From positions 1 to 26,512 of the IMG/VR virus record IMGVR_UViG_2698536335_000001: a DNA stretch of 26,512 nucleotides, one strand, 5' to 3'. Every line of letters begins with the position of its first letter. The first letter of the stretch is position 1. This stretch comes from a virus (lineage: Duplodnaviria > Heunggongvirae > Uroviricota > Caudoviricetes). Of the stretch, positions 24,246 to 26,512 are shown piece by piece. Below the pieces are notes generated by a model that worked only from the letters and a program-made list of their open reading frames with translations, searched no databases and was not told where the DNA came from. The position numbers were made by a program, and so were the translations under genes.

Positions 24246-24351
24246 TCCACGCCAGATTGATTAATGACTCCCAGGCAATATAAACCCGGATACCAGCAGC
24301 CAGGCCGAAACCAATCACCATGGCATAAAGCAGAGCGTTGCACTTGTTCAT
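24229..24351 (-). CDS. small hydrophobic protein, 40 aa (MNKCNALLYAMVIGFGLAAGIRVYIAWESLINLAWSAIRG); absent from the ORF track
   Basis: ATG shares a base with the upstream TGA (TGATG) and is preceded by AGGAGG; one hydrophobic helix; overlaps the uncertain start of 23898-24245. Confidence 0.3.
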   Translation of the reverse strand: MNKCNALLYAMVIGFGLAAGIRVYIAWESLINLAWSAIRG

Positions 24352-25085
24352 CACTTCACCTCCTGCGGCGGTTCCGGTAGCGGCATCCAGTGAGTTGCTT
24401 GCTCAATACCATTACCCGGCTTAATCGTTGCATCTCCGCGCCGAAAGGTGCTTCCGGTATAGCGTGCGGAGCATATTAGCGGTTCAACCAGAGAGCTATC
24501 GAAATTCACCGAAATAAGCACGTTCTGGCCCTTTTCAGGCATTCGATCACTACAGCTTATCCAACTATCCGGAGTTCCCGGAGAGTTGCCATTTACATCG
24601 AAGTTTGGCTCTGCGTCCTGAACCAAGAGGATGTAACCATTCTTGGCTGTATCAAGTTCTAACGCTTCGGTGACGGTGCCGAAATAGCGATTACCTAAAT
24701 CAGCATCACAAGTGCTTATATCAATGGAAACTTCCATGCCTTCGATTAATTCTGGCAAGTTGTAAGTTTGGCTTACAGGTTGGCTACCCTGAAGCATGGC
24801 GGCGCGGTGACACCAGATAATCCAGCCAAGCGCCATATCCCATGCCATGTATTCTCTATCGCCATTTTTTGCCCTACGGCGATCTACAGATTCCCCGAAA
24901 CGCTTCTCCATAAATAATTCATAGGCTGCTCGTTCATCCGATACTGCTGCCAGTGATGCCAGTGCAATTTTTAATGCGGTAAGCATGTTGTTTTGATCTT
25001 CATCGAGTCCGAACGGTATTTCATCCCGTGCTGACTCAATGCTGGTAATCGTGTTCTGTAACCATTCTTTGGTAAGAGTATTCAT
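24351..25085 (-). CDS. nin-region-type protein with DUF551-like C-terminus (…HWMPLPEPPQEVK), 244 aa
   Basis: C-terminal W-x-P-L-P-E-P-P motif recalled from DUF551 proteins of lambdoid phages; N-terminal ~15 aa shared with gene 25281-25748. Confidence 0.65.
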   Translation of the reverse strand: MNTLTKEWLQNTITSIESARDEIPFGLDEDQNNMLTALKIALASLAAVSDERAAYELFMEKRFGESVDRRRAKNGDREYMAWDMALGWIIWCHRAAMLQGSQPVSQTYNLPELIEGMEVSIDISTCDADLGNRYFGTVTEALELDTAKNGYILLVQDAEPNFDVNGNSPGTPDSWISCSDRMPEKGQNVLISVNFDSSLVEPLICSARYTGSTFRRGDATIKPGNGIEQATHWMPLPEPPQEVK

Positions 25086-25087
25086 AA

Positions 25088-25279
25088 CTATTTCACCTTA
25101 ATCTCAACATTTCGCAGCTTTAGCTCTACTGGCAAGTCTGACTTTCCTGTTAATGCTAATGCGAGATTTTCAGGAGTAATGAGAGCTGTTATTGTTTTCC
25201 CCATCGCCAGACGAATAATCATTCGTATCTCGCGATCGTCACATGCTCCCGGTCGAACAATTGATATTTGTCCGTTCAT
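25088..25279 (-). CDS. hypothetical protein, 63 aa
   Basis: ATG at 25279 with AAAGGAGAG RBS, one nt after the upstream stop; track start 25300 is a TTG extension. Confidence 0.5.
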   Translation of the reverse strand: MNGQISIVRPGACDDREIRMIIRLAMGKTITALITPENLALALTGKSDLPVELKLRNVEIKVK

Positions 25280-25280
25280 C

Positions 25281-25748
25281 TCACTCTCCTTTGATGCCAA
25301 TGTTTACAGCCTGACAAGCCTCTTTGAGCACCCAGTCAACAGCGTCTTTCCATGCTCCGGTTTCGACTGGCGGATTTTCACTCTTAACCTGTTCATAGAA
25401 GCGCACCGCTTTAATCAATCCTTCGGGTGTCAGTGGCACAGGCTGGGCCGTGAATAACGCCTGAATTTCATAGTTCGGCCTGTCGTTGCAATTCTCTTTT
25501 GTCGGTACATATTTCCAGTCACCAACCCACGGCTTCTCCTGAAAGTTCGTAACGCCTTTTCTCACGTAGCGATATCGCCATGTCACCGGTTCGGCTTCCA
25601 GCGATACCAGCGCGACTTTAAATGCGGTAAGTACGTTTTTAACCACATCGATTTTAAATACTATTTCATCACATACAAACGATTTATCGTCTACTACCGT
25701 TTCAATTCCGGTAATCGTGTTTTGTAGCCATTTGGTTAATTCAGCCAT
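25281..25748 (-). CDS. hypothetical protein, paralogous N-terminus to 24351-25085, 155 aa
   Basis: MAELTKWLQNTITGIE versus MNTLTKEWLQNTITSIE at the N-termini; C-terminal parts differ. Confidence 0.65.
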   Translation of the reverse strand: MAELTKWLQNTITGIETVVDDKSFVCDEIVFKIDVVKNVLTAFKVALVSLEAEPVTWRYRYVRKGVTNFQEKPWVGDWKYVPTKENCNDRPNYEIQALFTAQPVPLTPEGLIKAVRFYEQVKSENPPVETGAWKDAVDWVLKEACQAVNIGIKGE

Positions 25749-25894
25749 TTTTCATTACCGCCCTTTCGGGCGGTCTCCTGATGTTCTGAGGGTGCAGGAA
25801 TCCCTCCGGTTAAGGATTAAATTTTATTTACAGAACTGAATTTAATTATTCAGATATACGTATCTGTAACCTTACGAACCTACTCACTGGATGC
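25749..25894. promoter_or_regulatory. AT-rich intergenic region with inverted repeats: CTGAAT-N6-ATTCAG (25836-25853) and hairpin ccgccc-tttc-gggcgg (25758-25773)
   Basis: Read directly; lies between the methyltransferase stop and the start of the next minus-strand gene. Confidence 0.3.
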
Positions 25895-26368
25895 CTATTT
25901 CATAAAAATAATCCAGTGGGTTTTATCGTTTTTTCCTGTTCGTTGACCGATAACAGGTTTTCTGTCGGTCAGTACCAATATCTGGCGAACAGGTATTTGC
26001 GTTTCATTCCATTTAAAAATCAGAACTCCGGATGGACGCAACACACGAAAGGCTTCTTTAAATCCCTGCCGCAAATCATCACGCCAGGTATCTTTATTCA
26101 GCCGTCCATATTTCTTTCCCATCCAGGCGTTATCACCAACACGCTCAAGATGCGGAGGGTCGAATATAACCATCGAAAAAGATGCGTCTGCAAATGGTAG
26201 TGCACGAAAATCAGCTATCAGATCAGGACTGATAATCAGGCGTCGTCCATCACACAATGTGTGCTCTTCCTTTCTGATATCGCTAAATATCGCCCGGTCG
26301 TCATTCTTATCGAACCAGAACATGCGACTGCCACAGCACATGTCGAGGATTGCTGCATGTCCAGTCAC
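25895..26368 (-). CDS. small phage-type DNA methyltransferase (Dam-like N6-adenine class), ~157 aa
   Basis: Motif I-like ILDMCCGS followed by the catalytic-type VIFDPPH (DPPY-like) motif; GTG start at 26368 with AAAGGAGG RBS; the track ATG at 26401 has no RBS. Confidence 0.65.
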   Translation of the reverse strand: MTGHAAILDMCCGSRMFWFDKNDDRAIFSDIRKEEHTLCDGRRLIISPDLIADFRALPFADASFSMVIFDPPHLERVGDNAWMGKKYGRLNKDTWRDDLRQGFKEAFRVLRPSGVLIFKWNETQIPVRQILVLTDRKPVIGQRTGKNDKTHWIIFMK

Positions 26369-26512
26369 TGGCTGCCTCCTTTGCGAAGCCGTTCCGCCCA
26401 TTCTTCAAGGGATTTCTCTGCATATTCACCGGACAGGCCATCAATCGGATGCGATTCATTAGCTAACTCTTCTTTTGCTGACAGAATCATGCGTGTAACG
26501 TCGAAAACTTCA
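26365..26512 (-). CDS. 3-prime end of a hypothetical ORF continuing beyond the window (…ELANESHPIDGLSGEYAEKSLEEWAERLRKGGSQ)
   Basis: Open frame from the window edge to TGA at 26365-26367, overlapping the methyltransferase GTG start. Confidence 0.4.
   Translation of the reverse strand, partial: EVFDVTRMILSAKEELANESHPIDGLSGEYAEKSLEEWAERLRKGGSQ

Noticed and set aside
1-26512. CRISPR array, rRNA, integrase or transposase
   Set aside because: No regularly spaced direct repeats, no rRNA-like conserved stretches, and no translation with recombinase or DDE motifs was seen

Overview
This 26.5-kb window reads as most of the late (virion) region of a temperate, short-tailed prophage with T7-like particle gene order, in an enterobacterial background, transcribed almost entirely on the minus strand. 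In order: small and large terminase (22997-23593, 21525-23000), portal (18455-20134), scaffold (17464-18159), major capsid protein (16463-17455), three small head/tail proteins, gp11/gp12-like tail tubular proteins (14649-15254; 12179-14649, split over two frames), five internal virion/ejection proteins (4371-12179) and a 754-aa tailspike (1461-3725). To the right (23668-26512) lie early/nin-like genes, including two paralogous proteins and a small Dam-like DNA methyltransferase. Three plus-strand insertions (morons) interrupt the operon: an intact tRNA-Arg(UCU) plus a small gene between terminase and portal; a LexA-box-controlled 85-aa gene between the ejection proteins and the tailspike; and an AT-rich O-antigen-modification-like cassette (small membrane peptide plus EpsG/Wzy-like protein) beyond the tailspike. 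I saw no CRISPR array, rRNA, integrase or transposase. All product calls rest on motifs, gene order and size read from the translations; no database search was possible, so family names are provisional. Several minus-strand starts in the ORF track are GTG/TTG extensions and were trimmed to the first ATG with a Shine-Dalgarno sequence. Repeats and motifs were found by eye, not by exhaustive scan.
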